Positions 16,001-32,300 of a stretch of DNA of 64,000 nucleotides are shown here, piece by piece. Location of the stretch: NCBI GenBank assembly GCA_964016885.1, contig OZ024743.1:142662001-142726000 (forward strand), read 5' to 3'. Under the pieces are notes generated by a model. It was given only the letters and a program-made list of their open reading frames with translations. It did no database searches and had not been told where the DNA came from. This DNA comes from Eledone cirrhosa. Lineage: Eukaryota. How positions within the stretch are numbered: position 1 is the first letter of the stretch; every line of letters starts with the position of its first letter. The position numbers and the translations under genes were made by a program.

Positions 16001-17020
16001 ATACCAAGCACCAAACACCAAGCACCAAGCACCAAGCACCAAGTACCAAACACCAAACACCAAGCACCAAACACCAAACACCAAGCACCAAGCACCAAGC
16101 ACGAAACACCAGGCACCAAGCACCAAGCACCAAACTCCAAACACCAAGCACCAAACACCAGCCACCAAGCACCAAGCACCAAACACCAAACACCAAGCAC
16201 TAAGCACCAAACACCAAACAACAAGCACCAGGCACCAAGCACCGAACACCAAACACCAAGCACGCAGCACCAAACACCAAGCACGAAGCACCAAGCACCA
16301 AACACCAAGCACCAAGCACCAAGCACCAAACACCAAACACCAAACACCAAGCACCAAGAACCAAACACCAAACACCAAACAGCAAGCACTAAGCACCAAA
16401 CACCAAGCCCCAAACACCAGACCCCAAGCACCAATCACCAAACACTACTCACCAAGCACCAAGCACCAAACACCAAGCACCAAGCAGCAAGCACCAAACA
16501 CCAAGCACCAAGCACCAAGCACCAAGCACCAAACACCAAGCACCAAGCATCAAACACCAAAACCCAAGCACCAAAGACCAAGCACGAAGCACCAAGGACC
16601 AAACACCAAGCACCAAGCACCAAGCACCAAACACCAAGCACCAAGCACCAAACACCAAACACCAAACAGCAAACACCAAACAGCAAACACCAAACACCAA
16701 ACAGCAAACAGCAAACGCCAAACACCAAGCACCAAGCACCAAGCACCAAACACCAAGCACCAAGCACCAAGCACACAACACCAGACACCAAGCACCAAGG
16801 ACCAAACATCAAACACCAAGCACCAAGCACCAAACACCAAACACCAAGCACCAAGCACCAAGCACCAAGCACCGAACACCAAGTACCAAACACCAAGCAC
16901 CAAACACCAAGCACCAAGCACCAAACACCAAGCACCAGGCACCAAGCACCAAACACCAAGCACCAAACACCAAGCACCAAACACCAAGTCCCACGCAGCA
17001 AGCACCAAACACCAAACACC
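13080..17020. repeat. Second copy of the block at ~1-6000 (offset 13020, then 13272)
   Basis: Lines 121-1380 match 13141-14400 almost base for base, including the rare ctgcaag (378/13398) and caattacc (~1018/~14038). ORFs 401../13421.. and 520../13540.. are identical. After an extra 7 bp and a 245-bp duplication the offset becomes 13272 (1616../14888.., 2564../15836..). Confidence 0.93.
14350..14850. repeat. Local tandem duplication of 245 bp (35 monomers)
   Basis: cactaagcaccaagaacc occurs at 14441 and 14686, but only once in the homologous position at 1414. Confidence 0.85.
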
Positions 17021-20000
17021 AAGCACCAAACACCAAGCACCAAGCACCAAGTCCCTAGCACCAAACACCAAGCAGCAAGCAGCAAGCACCAAACACCAAA
17101 CACCAAGCACCAAGCTCCAAATACCAAACACCAAGCACCAAGGACCAAACATCAAACACCAAGCACCAAGCACCAAACGCCTAACACCAAGAACCAAGCA
17201 CCAAGCACCAAGCACCAAACACAAAGCACCAATCACCAAACACCAAACACCACACACCAAACACCAAGCACCAAGCACCAAACACCAAGCACCAAACTCC
17301 AAACACAAAACACCAAGCACCAAGCAGCAAGCACCAAACACCAAACACCAAGCACCAAGCACCAAACACCAAACACCAAGCACCAAGAACCTAACATCAA
17401 ACACCAATCACCAAGCACCAAACACCTAACACCAAGCACCAAGCACCAAGCACCAAGCACCAAACACCAAGCACCAAACACAAAGCACCAAGCACCAAAC
17501 ACCAAGCACCAAGCACCAAACACCAAGTACCAAGCGCCAAGCACCAAACACCAAGCACCAAACACTAAGCACCAAACACCAAGCCCCAAGCACCAAGCAC
17601 CAAACACCAAACACCAAGCACCAAGCACCAAACACCAAGCACAAAACACCAAGCACCAAGCACCAAACACTAATCACCAAGCACCAAGCACCAAACACCA
17701 AACACCAAGCATCAAAGACCAAGCACCAAGCACCAAGCACCAAGCACCAAACAATAAGCACCAATCACCAAGCACCAAACACCAAACACCAACCACCCAG
17801 CACCAAGCACCAAGCACCAAACACCAAGCACCAAACACCATACACCAAACACCAAGCACCAAGCACCAAGCACCAAACAGCAAGCACCAAGCACCAAACA
17901 CCAAGCATCAAGCACCAAGCCCCTAGCACCAAACACCAAGCACCAAGCATAAAACACCAAGCACCAATCACCAAGCACCAAACACCAAGCAGCAAACAGC
18001 AAGCACCAAACACCAAACACCAAGCACCAAGCACCAAACACCAAACAACAAGCACCAAGGACCAAACATCAAACACCAAGCACCAAGCACCAAACACCTA
18101 ACACCAAGCACCAAGCACCAAGCACCAAACACCAAACAACAAGCCCCAGGCACCAAGCACCAAACACCAAACACCAAGCACGCAGCACCAAACACCAAGC
18201 ACCAAGCACCAAGCACCAAACACCAATCACCAAGCACCAAGCACCAAACACCAAACACCAAGCACCAAGAACAAAACACCAAACACCAAACAGCAAGCAC
18301 CAACCACCAAACACCAAGCACCAAACACCAAACCCCAAGCACCAATCACCAAACACTAATCACCAAGCACCAAGCACCAAACACCAAGCACCAAGCACCA
18401 AGCACCAAACACCAAACACCAAGCACCAAGAACCAAACACCAAACACCAAACAGCAAGCACCAAGCACCAAGCACCAGGCACCAAACACCAAGCACCAAG
18501 CACCAAGCACCAAGCACCAAACACCAAGCACCAAGCACCAAACACCCAGCACCAAACACCAAACAGCAAGCACCACGCACCAAACACCAAGCCCCCAAAC
18601 ACCAAACCCCAAGCACCAATCACCAAACACTAATCACCAAGCACCAAGCACCAAACACCAAGCGCCAAGCAGCAAGCACCAGACACCAAGCACCAAGCAC
18701 CAAGCACCAAACACCAAGCACCAAGCAACAAACACCAAAACCCAAGCACCAAAGACCAAGCACCAAGCACCAAGGACCAAACACCAAGCACCAAGCACCA
18801 AGCACCAAACACCAAGCACCAAGCACCAAACACCCAGCACCAAGCACCAAGCACCAAACACCAAGCACCAAGCAGCAAACACCAAGCATCAAACACCAAA
18901 CACCAAACACCAAGCACCAAACACCAAGCACCAAGCACCAAACACCAAACACCAAGCACCAAGCACCAAACACCAAACATCAAGCACCAAACACCAGATA
19001 CCAAGCACCAAGCACCAAACGCCAAACACCAAACACCAAGCACCAAGCACCAAACACCAAACAACAAGCACCAGGCACCAAGCTCCAAATACCAAACACC
19101 AAGCACCAAGCACCAAACACCAAACACCAAGCACGCAGCATCAAACACCAAGCACCAAACACCAAGCACCAAGCACCAAGCACCAAGTACCAAACACCAA
19201 ACACCAAGCACCAAACACCAGACACCAAGCACCAAGCACCAAGCACGAAACACCAGGCACCAAGCACCAAACACCAAACTCCAAACACCAAGCACCAAAC
19301 ACCAGCCACCAAGCACCAAGCACCAAACACCAAACACCAATCACTAAGCACCAAACACCAAACAAAAAGCACCAGGCACCAAGCACCAAGCACCAAACTC
19401 CAAACACCAAGCACCAAGCACCAAACTCCAAGCACCAAGCACCAAACACCAAACCCCAAGCACCAAACACCAAACACCAAGCACCAAGCACCAAGCACCA
19501 AGCAGCAAGCACCAAGCACCAAACACCAAACCCCAAGCACCAAACACCAAACCGCAAGCACCAAGCACCAAACACTAATCACCAAGTACCAAGCACCAAA
19601 CACAAAACACCAAGCACCAAGCACCAAGCACCAAACACCAAGCACCAAGCACCAAGCACCAAACACCAAACACCAAACACCAAGCACCAAGAACCAAACA
19701 CCAAACACCAAACAGCAAGCACCAAGCACCAAGCACCAAGCACCAAACACCAAGCACCAAGCACCAAGCACCAAGCACCAAACACCAAGCACCAAGCACC
19801 AAACACCCAGCACCAAACACCAAACAGCAAGCACCAAGCACCGAACACCAAGCCCCAAACACCAAACCCCAAGCACCAATCACCAAACACTAATCACCAA
19901 GCACCAAGCACCAAACACCAAGCACCAAGCAGCAAGCACCAAACACCAAGCACCAAGCACCAAGCACCAAACACCAAGCACCAAGCACCAAAGACCAAAA

Positions 20001-23000
20001 CCCAAGCACCAAAGACCAAGCACCAAGCACCAAGGACCAAACACCAAGCACCAAGCACCAAGCACCAAACACCAAGCACCAAGCACCAAACACCCAGCAC
20101 CAAGCACCAAGCACCAAACACCAAGCACCAAACACCAAACACCAAGCACCAAGCACCAAACAGCAAGCACCAAACACCAAACACCAAACAGCTAAACACC
20201 AAACAGCAAACACCAACCACCAAACAGCAAACAGCAAACGCCAAACACCAAGCACCAAGCACCAAGCACCAAACACCAAGCACCAAGCACCAAGCACACA
20301 ACACCAAACACCAAGCACCAAGGACCAAACATCAAACACCAAACACCAAGCACCAAACACCAAACACCAAACACCAAGCACCAAGCACCAAGCACCAAGC
20401 ACCGAACACCAAGCACCAAACAACAAGCACCAAACACCAAGCACCAAACACCAAACACCAAGCACCCGGCACCAAGCACCAAACACCAAGCACCAAACAC
20501 CAAGCACCAAACACCAAGTCCCACGCACCAAGCACCAAACACCAAACACCAAGCACCAAGCACCAAACAGCAAGCACCAAACAGCAAACAGCAAACAGCA
20601 AACACCAAACACCAAACACCAAGCACCAAGCACCAAACACCAAGCACCAAGCACCAAACACCAAGCACCAAGCACCAAGCACCAAACCCCAAGCACCAAA
20701 CACCAAACCGCAAGCACCAAGCACCAAACACTAATCACCAAGCACCAAGCAACAAACAACAAGCACCAAGCACCAAGCACCAGGCACCAAGCACCAATCA
20801 CAAAACACAAAACACCAAGCACCAAACACCAAACATCAAGCACCAAACACCAGATACCAAGCACCAAGCACCAAGCACCAAACACCAAACACCAAGCACC
20901 AAGCGCCAAACACCAGACAACAAGCACCAGGCACCGAGCTCCAAACGCCAAACACCAAGCACCAAGCACCAAGCACCAAACACCAAACACCAAGCAGGCA
21001 GCATCAAATACCAAGCACCAAACACCAAGCACCAAGCACCAAGCACCAAGTACCAAACACCAAACACCAAGCACCAAACACCAAACACCAAGCACCAAGC
21101 ACCAAGCACGAAACACCAGGCACCAAGCACCAAGCACCAAACTCCAAACACCAAGCACCAAACACCAGCCACCAAGCACCAAGCACCAAACACCAAACAC
21201 CAAGCACTAAGCACCAAACACCAAACAACAAGCACCAGGCACCAAGCACCGAACACCAAACACCAAGCACGCAGCACCAAACACCAAGCACGAAGCACGA
21301 AGCACCAAACACCAAGCACCAAGCACCAAGCACCAAACACCAAACACCAAACACCAAGCACCAAGAACCAAACACCAAACACCAAACAGCAAGCACTAAG
21401 CACCAAACACCAAGCCCCAAACACCAAACCCCAAGCACCAATCACCAAACACTACTCACCAAGCACCAAGCACCAAACACCAAGCACCAAGCAGCAAGCA
21501 CCAAACACCAAGCACCAAGCACCAAGCACCAAACACCAAGCACCAAGCACCAAACACCAAAACCCAAGCACCAAAGACCAAGCACGAAGCACCAAGGACC
21601 AAACACCAAGCACCAAGCACCAAGCACCAAACACCAAGCACCAAGCACCAAACACCAAACACCAAACAGCAAACACCAAACAGCAAACACCAAACACCAA
21701 ACAGCAAACAGCAAACGCCAAACACCAAGCACCAAGCACCAAGCACCAAACACCAAGCACCAAGCACCAAGCACACAACACCAGACACCAAGCACCAAGG
21801 ACCAAACATCAAACACCAAGCACCAAGCACCAAACACCAAACACCAAGCACCAAGCACCAAGCACCAAGCACCGAACACCAAGTACCAAACACCAAGCAC
21901 CAAACACCAAGCACAAAACACCAAACACCAAGCACCAGGCACCAAGCACCAAACACCAAGCACCAAACACCAAGCACCAAACACCAAGTCCCACGCACCA
22001 AGCACCAAACACCAAACACCAAGCACCAAACACCAAGCACCAAGCACCAAGTCCCTAGCACCAAACACCAAGCAGCAAGCAGCAAGCACCAAACACCAAA
22101 CACCAAGCACCAAGCTCCAAATACCAAACACCAAGCACCAAGGACCAAACATCAAACACCAAGCACCAAGCACCAAACGCCTAACACCAAGAACCAAGCA
22201 CCAAGCACCAAGCACCAAACACAAAGCACCAATCACCAAACACCAAACACCAAACACCAAACACCAAGCACCAAGCACCAAACACCAAGCACCAAACTCC
22301 AAACACAAAACACCAAGCACCAAGCAGCAAGCACCAAACACCAAACACCAAGCACCAAGCACCAAACACCAAACACCAAGCACCAAGAACCTAACATCAA
22401 ACACCAATCACCAAGCACCAAACACCTAACACCAAGCACCAAGCACCAAGCACCAAGCACCAAACACCAAGCATCAAACACAAAGCACCAAGCACCAAAC
22501 ACCAAGCACCAAGCACCAAACACCAAGCACCAAGCGCCAAGCACCAAACACCAAACACCAAGCACCAAGCACCAAACACCAAGAACAAAACACCAAGCAC
22601 CAAACACTAAGCACCAAACACCAAGCCCCAAGCACCAAGCACCAAACACCAAACACCAAGCACCAAGCACCAAACACCAAGAACAAAACACCAAGCACCA
22701 AGCACCAAACACTAATCACCAAGCACCAAGCACCAAACACCAAACACCATGCATCAAAGACCAAGCACCAAGCACCAAGCACCAAGCACCAAACAATAAG
22801 CACCAATCACCAAGCACCAAACAGCAAACACCAACCACCCAGCACCAAGCACCAAGCACCAAACACCAAGCACCAAACACCATACACCAAACACCAAGCA
22901 CCAAGCACCAAGCACCAAACAGCAAGCACCAAGCACCAAACACCAAGCATCAAGCACCAAGCCCCTAGCACCAAACACCAAGCACCAAGCATAAAACACC

Positions 23001-23900
23001 AAGCACCAATCACCAAGCACCAAACACCAAGCAGCAAACAGCAAGCACCAAACACCAAACACCAAGCACCAAGCACCAAACACCAAACAACAAGCACCAA
23101 GGACCAAACATCAAACACCAAGCACCAAGCACCAAACACCTAACACCAAGCACCAAGCACCAAGCACCAAACACCAAACAACAAGCCCCAGGCACCAAGC
23201 ACCAAACACCAAACACCAAGCACGCAGCACCAAACACCAAGCACCAAGCACCAAGCACCAAACACCAATCACCAAGCACCAAGCACCAAACACCAAACAC
23301 CAAGCACCAAGAACCAAACACCAAACACCAAACAGCAAGCACCAACCACCAAACACCAAGCACCAAACACCAAATCCCAAGCACCAATCACCAAACACTA
23401 ATCACCAAGCACCAAGCACCAAACACCAAACACCAAGCACCAAGCACCAAACACCAAACACCAAGCACCAAGAACCAAACACCAAACACCAAACAGCAAG
23501 CACCAAGCACCAAGCACCAGGCACCAAACACCAAGCACCAAGCACCAAGCACCAAGCACCAAACACCAAGCACCAAGCACCAAACACCCAGCACCAAACA
23601 CCAAACAGCAAGCACCACGCACCAAACACCAAGCCCCCAAACACCAAACCCCAAGCACCAATCACCAAACACTAATCACCAAGCACCAAGCACCAAACAC
23701 CAAGCGCCAAGCAGCAAGCACCAAACACCAAGCACCAAGCACCAAGCACCAAACACCAAGCACCAAGCACCAAACACCAAAACCCAAGCACCAAAGACCA
23801 AGCACCAAGCACCAAGGACCAAACACCAAGCACCAAGCACCAAGCACCAAACACCAAGCACCAAGCACCAAACACCCAGCACCAAGCACCAAGCACCAAA
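14890..23900. repeat. Higher-order duplication with ~5.0-kb period (offsets 4992-5042)
   Basis: cactaat 14896/19888, cactact 16443/21450, cactaat 17668/22710 and 18628/23670. Shared rare variants include gtccctag (17051/22051) and the 8-bp monomer cccccaaa (18592/23634). Confidence 0.88.
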
Positions 23901-25280
23901 CACCAAGCACCAAACACCAAACACCAAGCACCAAGCACCAAACACCAAGCACCAAGCGCCAAGCACCAAACACCAAGCACCAAACACTAAGCACCAAACA
24001 CCAAGCCCCAAGCACCAAGCACCAAACACCAAACACCAAGCACCAAGCACCAAACACCAAGCACAAAACACCAAGCACCAAGCACCAAACACTAATCACC
24101 AAGCACCAAGCACCAAACACCAAACACCATGCATCAAAGACCAAGCACCAAGCACCAAGCACCAAGCACCAAACAATAAGCACCAATCACCAAGCACCAA
24201 ACACCAAACACCAACCACCCAGCACCAAGCACCAAGCACCAAACACCAAGCACCAAACACCATACACCAAACACCAAGCACCAAGCACCAAGCACCAAAC
24301 AGCAAGCACCAAGCACCAAACACCAAGCATCAAGCACCAAGCCCCTAGCACCAAACACCAAGCACCAAGCATAAAACACCAAGCACCAATCACCAAGCAC
24401 CAAACACCAAGCAGCAAACAGCAAGCACCAAACACCAAACACCAAGCACCAAGCACCAAACACCAAACAACAAGCACCAAGGACCAAACATCAAACACCA
24501 AGCACCAAGCACCAAACACCTAACACCAAGCACCAAGCACCAAGCACTAAACACCAAACAACAAGCCCCAGGCACCAAGCACCAAACACCAAACACCAAG
24601 CACGCAGCACCAAACACCAAGCACCAAGCACCAAACACCAATCACCAAGCACCAAGCACCAAACACCAAACACCAAGCACCAAGAACCAAACACCAAACA
24701 CCAAACAGCAAGCACCAACCACCAAACACCAAGCACCAAACACCAAACCCCAAGCACCAATCACCAAACACTAATCACCAAGCACCAAGCACCAAACACC
24801 AAGCACCAAGCACCAAGCACCAAACACCAAACAGCAAGCACCAAGAACCAAACACCAAACACCAAACAGCAAGCACCAAGCACCAAGCACCAGGCACCAA
24901 ACACCAAGCACCAAGCACCAAGCACCAAGCACCAAACACCAAGCACCAAGCACCAAACACCCAGCACCAAACACCAAACAGCAAGCACCATGCACCAAAC
25001 ACCAAGCCCCCAAACACCAAACCCCAAGCACCAATCACCAAACACTAATCACCAAGCACCAAGCACCAAACACCAAGCGCCAAGCAGCAAGCACCAAACA
25101 CCAAGCACCAAGCACCAAGCACCAAACACCAAGCACCAAGCACCAAACACCAAAACCCAAGCACCAAAGACCAAGCACCAAGCACCAAGGACCAAACACC
25201 AAGCACCAAGCACCAAGCACCAAACACCAAGCACCAAGCACCAAACACCCAGCACCAAGCACCAAGCACCAAACACCAAG
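22600..25280. repeat. Tandem duplication, unit ~1380 bp
   Basis: cactaat 22710/24090, caccatgcatcaaagacc 22745/24125, and ORF pairs 22716../24096.. and 22807../24187... It yields a third copy of cccccaaa at ~25007. Confidence 0.88.
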
Positions 25281-26379
25281 CACCAAACACCAAACACCAA
25301 ACAGCAAACACCAAACAGCAAACACCAAACACCAAACATAAAACAGCAAACACCAAACACCAAGCACCAAGCACCGAACACCAAGCACCAAACACCAAGC
25401 ACCAAACACCAATCACCAAACACCAAACACCAAGCACCAAGCACCAAGCACCAAACACCAAGCACCAAACACCAAGCACCAAACACCAAGTCCCACGCAC
25501 CAAGCACCAACCACCAAACACCAAGCACCAAGCACCAAACACGAAACACCAAGCACCAAGCCCCTAGCACCAAACACCAAGCAGCAAGCAGCAAGCACCA
25601 AACACCAAACACCAAGCACCAAGCACCAAACACCAAACACCAAGCACCAAGCACAAAATACCAAACACCAAGCACCATGGACCAAACATCAAACACCAAG
25701 CACCAAGCACCAAACGCCTAACACCAAGCACCAAGCACCAAGCACCAAGCACCAAACACCAAGCACCAATCACCAAACACCAAACACCAAGCACCGAACA
25801 CCAAGCACCAGGCACCAAACACCAAACACCAAGCACCAAGCACCATACACAAAACACCAAGACCGAAGCACCAAACACCAAGCACCAAACTCCAAACACA
25901 AAACACCAATCACCAAGCAGCAAGCACCAAACACCAAACACCAAGCACCAAGCACCAAACACCAAACACCAAGCACCAAGAACCTAACATCAAACACCAA
26001 TCACCAAGCACCAAACACCTAACACCAAGCACCAAGCACCAAGCACCAAACACCAAGCACCAAACACAAAGCACCAAGCACCAAACACCAAGCACCAAGC
26101 ACCAAACACCAAGCACCAAGCACCAAACACCAAACCCCAAGCACCAAACACCAAACCCCAAGCACCAAGCACCAAACACTAATCACCAAGCACCAAGCAC
26201 CAAACACCAAGCACGCAGCACCAAACACCAAGCACCAAGCACCAAACACCAAGCACCAAGCACCAAGCACCAGACACCAAACACCAAACACCAAGCACCA
26301 AGAACCAAACACCAAACACCAAACATCAAGCACCAAGCACCAAACACCAAGCACCAAACAGCAAATCCCAAGCACCAAT

Positions 26380-29300
26380 CACCAAACACTAATCACCAAG
26401 CACCAAGCACCAAACACCAAGCACCAAGCACCAATCACCAAACACCAAGCACCAAGCACCAAGAACCAAGCACCAAACACCAAGCACCAAGCACCAAACA
26501 CCAAAACCCAAGCACCAAAGACCAAGCACCAAGCACCAAGGACCAAACACCAAGCACAAAGCACCAAGCACCAAACACCAAGCACCAAGCACCAAACACC
26601 CAGCACCAAGCACCAAGCACCAAACACCAAGCACCAAGCACAAAACACCAAACACCAAACACCAAGCACCAAGCACCAAACACCAAACAGCAAACGCCAA
26701 ACACCAAACACCAAGCACCAAGCACCAAACACCAAGCACCAAGCACCAAACACCAAGCACCAAGCACCAAGCACCAAACCCCAAGCACCAAACACCAAAC
26801 CGCAAGCACCAAGCACCAAACACTAATCACCAAGCACCAAGCACCAAACAACAAGCACCAAGCACCAAGCATCAGGCACCAAGCACCAATCACCAAACAC
26901 AAAACACCAAGCACCAAGCACCAAGCAGCAAACACCAAGCATCAAACACCAAACACCAAACACCAAGCACCAAACACCAAGCACCAAGCACCAAACACCA
27001 AACACCAAGCACCAAACACCAAACATCAAGCACCAAACACCAGATACCAAGCACCAAGCACCAAGCACCAAACACCAAACACCAAGCACCAAGCGCCAAA
27101 CACCAAACAACAAGCACCAGGCACCGAGCTCCAAACACCAAACACCAAGCACCAAGCACCAAACACCAAACACCAAGCACGCAGCATCAAACACCAAGCA
27201 CCAAGCACCAAGCCCCAAGCACCAAGCACCAAGTACCAAACACCAAACACCAAGCACCAATCACCAAACACCAAGCACCAAGCACCAAGCACGAAACACC
27301 AGGCACCAAGCACCAAGCACCAAACTCCAAACGCCAAGCACCAAACACCAGCCACCAAGCACCAAGCACCAAACACCAAACACCAAGCACTAAGCACCAA
27401 ACACCAAACAACAAGCACCAGGCACCAAGCACCAAACACCAAACACCAAGCACGCAGCACCAAACACCAAGCACCAAGCACCAAGCACCAAACACCAAGC
27501 ACCAAACACCAAGCACCAAGAACCAAACACCAAACACCAAACAGCAAGCACTAAGCACCAAACACCAAGCCCCAAACACCAAACCCCAAGCACCAATCAC
27601 CAAACACTAATCACCAAGCACCAAGCACCAAACACCAAGCACCAAGCAGCAAGCACCAAACACCAAGCACCATGCACCAAGCACCAAGCACCAAACACCA
27701 AGCACCAAGCACCAAACACCAAAACCCAAGCACCAAAGACCATTAACCAAGCACCAAGGACCAAACACCAAGCACCCATCACCAAGCACCAAACACCTAA
27801 CACCAAGCACCAAGCACCAAGCACCAAGCACCAAGCACCAAACACCAAGCACCAAGCACCAAACACCAAACACCAAGCACCAAGAACCTAACATCAAACA
27901 CCAATCACCAAGCACCAAACACCTAACACCAAGCACCAAGCACCAAGCACCAAGCACCAAACACCAAGCACCAAACACAAAGCACCAAGCACCAAACACC
28001 AAGCACCAAGCACCAAACACCTAACACCAAGCACCAAGCACCAAGCACCAAGCACCAAACACCAAACACCAAGCACCAAGCACCAAACACCAAACACCAA
28101 GCACCGAGAACCTAACATCAAACACCAATCACCAAGCACCAAACACCTAACACCAAGCACCAAGCACTAAGCACCAAGCACCAAACACCAAGCACCAAAC
28201 ACTAAGCACCAAACACTAATCACCAAGCACCAAGCACCAAACACCAAGCACGCAGCACCAAACACCAAGCACCAAGCACCAAGCACCAAACACCAAGCAC
28301 CAAGCACCAAGCACCAGACACCAAACACCAAACACCAAGCACCAAGAACCAAACACCAAACACCAAACATCAAGCACCAAGCACCAAACACCAAGCACCA
28401 AACAGCAAATCCCAAGCACCAATCACCAAACACTAATCACCAAGCACCAAGCACCAAACACCAAGCACCAAGCAGCAATCACCAAACACCAAGCACCAAG
28501 CACCAAGAACCAAGCACCAAACACCAAGCACCAAGCACCAAACACCAAAACCCAAGCACCAAAGACCAAGCACCAAGCACCAAGGACCAAACACCAAGCA
28601 CCAAGCACCAAGCACCAAACACCAAGCACCAAGCACCAAACACCCAGCACCAAGCACCAAGCACCAAACACCAAGCACCAAGCACAAAACACCAAACACC
28701 AAACACCAAGCACCAAGCACCAAACAACAAGCACCAAACACCAAACAGCAAACAGCAAACGCCAAACACCAAACACCAAGCACCAAGCACCAAACACCAA
28801 GCACCAATCACCAAACACCAAGCACCAAGCACCAAGCACCAAACCCCAAGCACCAAACACCAAACCGCAAGCACCAAGCACCAAACACTAATCACCAAGC
28901 ACCAAGCACCAAACAACAAGCACCAAGCACCAAGCACCAGGCACCAAGCACCAATCACCAAACACAAAACACCAAGCACCAAGCACCAAGCAGCAAACAC
29001 CAAGCATCAAACACCAAACACCAAACACCAAGCACCAAACACCAAGCACCAAGCACCAAACACCAAACACCAAGCACCAAACACCAAACATCAAGCACCA
29101 AACACCAGATACCAAGCACCAAGCACCAAGCACCAAACACCAAACACCAAGCACCAAGCGCCAAACACCAAACAACAAGCACCAGGCACCGAGCTCCAAA
29201 CACCAAACACCAAGCACCAAGCACCAAACACCAAACACCAAGCACGCAGCATCAAACACCAATCACCAAGCACCAAGCACCAAGCACCAAGTACCAAACA

Positions 29301-32300
29301 CCAAACACCAAGCACCAATCACCAAACACCAAGCACCAAGCACCAAGCACGAAACACCAGGCACCAAGCACCAAGCACCAAACTTCAAACACCAAGCACC
29401 AAACACCAGCCACCAAGCACCAAGCACCAAACACCAAACACCAAGCACTAAGCACCAAACACCAAACAACAAGCACCAGGCACCAAGCACCAAACACCAA
29501 ACACCAAGCACGCAGCACCAAACACCAAGCACCAAGCACCAAGCACCAAACACCAAGCACCAAACACCAAGCACCAAGAACCAAACACCAAACACCAAAC
29601 AGCAAGCACTAAGCACCAAACACCAAGCCCCAAACACCAAACCCCAAGCACCAATCACCAAACACTAATCACCAAGCACCAAGCACCAAACACCAAGCAC
29701 CAAGCAGCAAGCACCAAACACCAAGCACCAAGCACCAAGCACCAAGCACCAAACACCAAGCACCAAGCACCAAACACCAAAACCCAAGCACCAAAGACCA
29801 TGCACCAAGCACCAAGGACCAAACACCAAGCACCCATCACCAAGCACCAAACACCTAACACCAAGCACCAAGCACCAAGCACCAAGCACCAAACACCAAA
29901 CACCAAGCACTAAGAACCTAACATCAAACACCAATCACCAAGCACCAAACACCTAACACCAAGCACCAAGCACCAAGCACCAAGCACCAAACACCAAGCA
30001 CCAAACACAAAGCACCAAGCACCAAACACCAAGCACCAAGCACCAAACACCTAACACCAAGCACCAAGCACCAAGCACCAAGCACCAAACACCAAACACC
30101 AAGCACCAAGCACCAAACACCAAACACCAAGCACCAAGAACCTAACATCAAACAACAATCACCAAGCACCAAACACCTAACACCAAGCACCAAGCACCAA
30201 GCACCAAACACCAAGCACCAAGCACAAAGCACCAGACACCAAACACCAAACAGCAAGCACCAAGCACCAAACACCAAGCACCAAACAGCAAACCCCAAGC
30301 ACCAATCACCAAACACTAATCACCAAGCACCAAGCACCAAACACCAAGCACCAAGCAGCAATCACCAAACACCAAGCACCAAGCACCAAGAACCAAGCAC
30401 CAAACACCAAGCACCAAGCACCAAACACCAAAACCCAAGCACCAAAGACCAAGCACCAAGCACCAAGGACCAAACACCAAGCACCAAGCACCAAGCACCA
30501 AACAGCAAGCACCAAACACCAAACAGCAAACAGCAAACGCCAAACACCAAACACCAAGCACCAAGCACCAAACACCAAGCACCAAGCACCAAACACCAAG
30601 CACCAAGCACCAAGCACCAAACCCCAAGCACCAAACACCAAACCGCAAGCACCAAGCACCAAACACTAATCACCAAGCACCAAGCACCAAACAACAAGCA
30701 CCAAGCACCAAGCATCAGGCACCAAGCACCAATCACCAAACACAAAACACCAAGCACCAAGCACCAAGCAGCAAACACCAAGCATCAAACACCAAACACC
30801 AAACACCACGCACCAAACACCAAGCACCAAGCACCAAACACCAAACACCAAGCACCAAACACCAAACATCAAGCACCAAACACCAGATACCAAGCACCAA
30901 GCACCAAGCACCAAACACCAAACACCAAGCACCAAGCGCCAAACACCAAACAACAAGCACCAGGCACCGAGCTCCAAACACCAAACACCAAGCACCAAGC
31001 ACCAAACACCAAACACCAAGCACGCAGCATCAAACACCAAGCACCAAGCACCAAGCCCCAAGCACCAAGCACCAAGTACCAAACACCAAACACCAAGCAC
31101 CAATCACCAAACACCAAGCACCAAGCACCAAGCACGAAACACCAGGCACCAAGCACCAAGCACCAAACTCCAAACGCCAAGCACCAAACACCAGCCACCA
31201 AGCACCAAGCACCAAACACCAAACACCAAGCACTAAGCACCAAACACCAAACAACAAGCACCAGGCACCAAGCACCAAACACCAAACACCAAGCACGCAG
31301 CACCAAACACCAAGCACCAAGCACCAAGCACCAAACACCAAGCACCAAACACCAAGCACCAAGAACCAAACACCAAACACCAAACAGCAAGCACTAAGCA
31401 CCAAACACCAAGCCCCAAACACCAAACCCCAAGCACCAATCACCAAACACTAATCACCAAGCACCAAGCACCAAACACCAAGCACCAAGCAGCAAGCACC
31501 AAACACCAAGCACCAAGCACCAAGCACCAAGCACCAAACACCAAGCACCAAGCACCAAACACCAAAACCCAAGCACCAAAGACCATTAACCAAGCACCAA
31601 GGACCAAACACCAAGCACCCATCACCAAGCACCAAACACCTAACACCAAGCACCAAGCACCAAGCACCAAGCACCAAGCACCAAACACCAAGCACCAAGC
31701 ACCAAACACCAAACACCAAGCACCAAGAACCTAACATCAAACACCAATCACCAAGCACCAAACACCTAACACCAAGCACCAAGCACCAAGCACCAAGCAC
31801 CAAACACCAAGCACCAAACACAAAGCACCAAGCACCAAACACCAAGCACCAAGCACCAAACACCTAACACCAAGCACCAAGCACCAAGCACCAAGCACCA
31901 AACACCAAACACCAAGCACCAAGCACCAAACACCAAACACCAAGCACCAAGAACCTAACATCAAACACCAATCACCAAGCACCAAACACCTAACACCAAG
32001 CACCAAGCACTAAGCACCAAGCACCAAACACCAAGCACCAAACACAAAGCACCAAACACTAATCACCAAGCACCAAGCACCAAACACCAAGCACGCAGCA
32101 CCAAACACCAAGCACCAAGCACCAAGCACCAAACACCAAGCACCAAGCACCAAGCACCAGACACCAAACACCAAACACCAAGCACCAAGAACCAAACACC
32201 AAACACCAAACATCAAGCACCAAGCACCAAACACCAAGCACCAAACAGCAAATCCCAAGCACCAATCACCAAACACTAATCACCAAGCACCAAGCACCAA

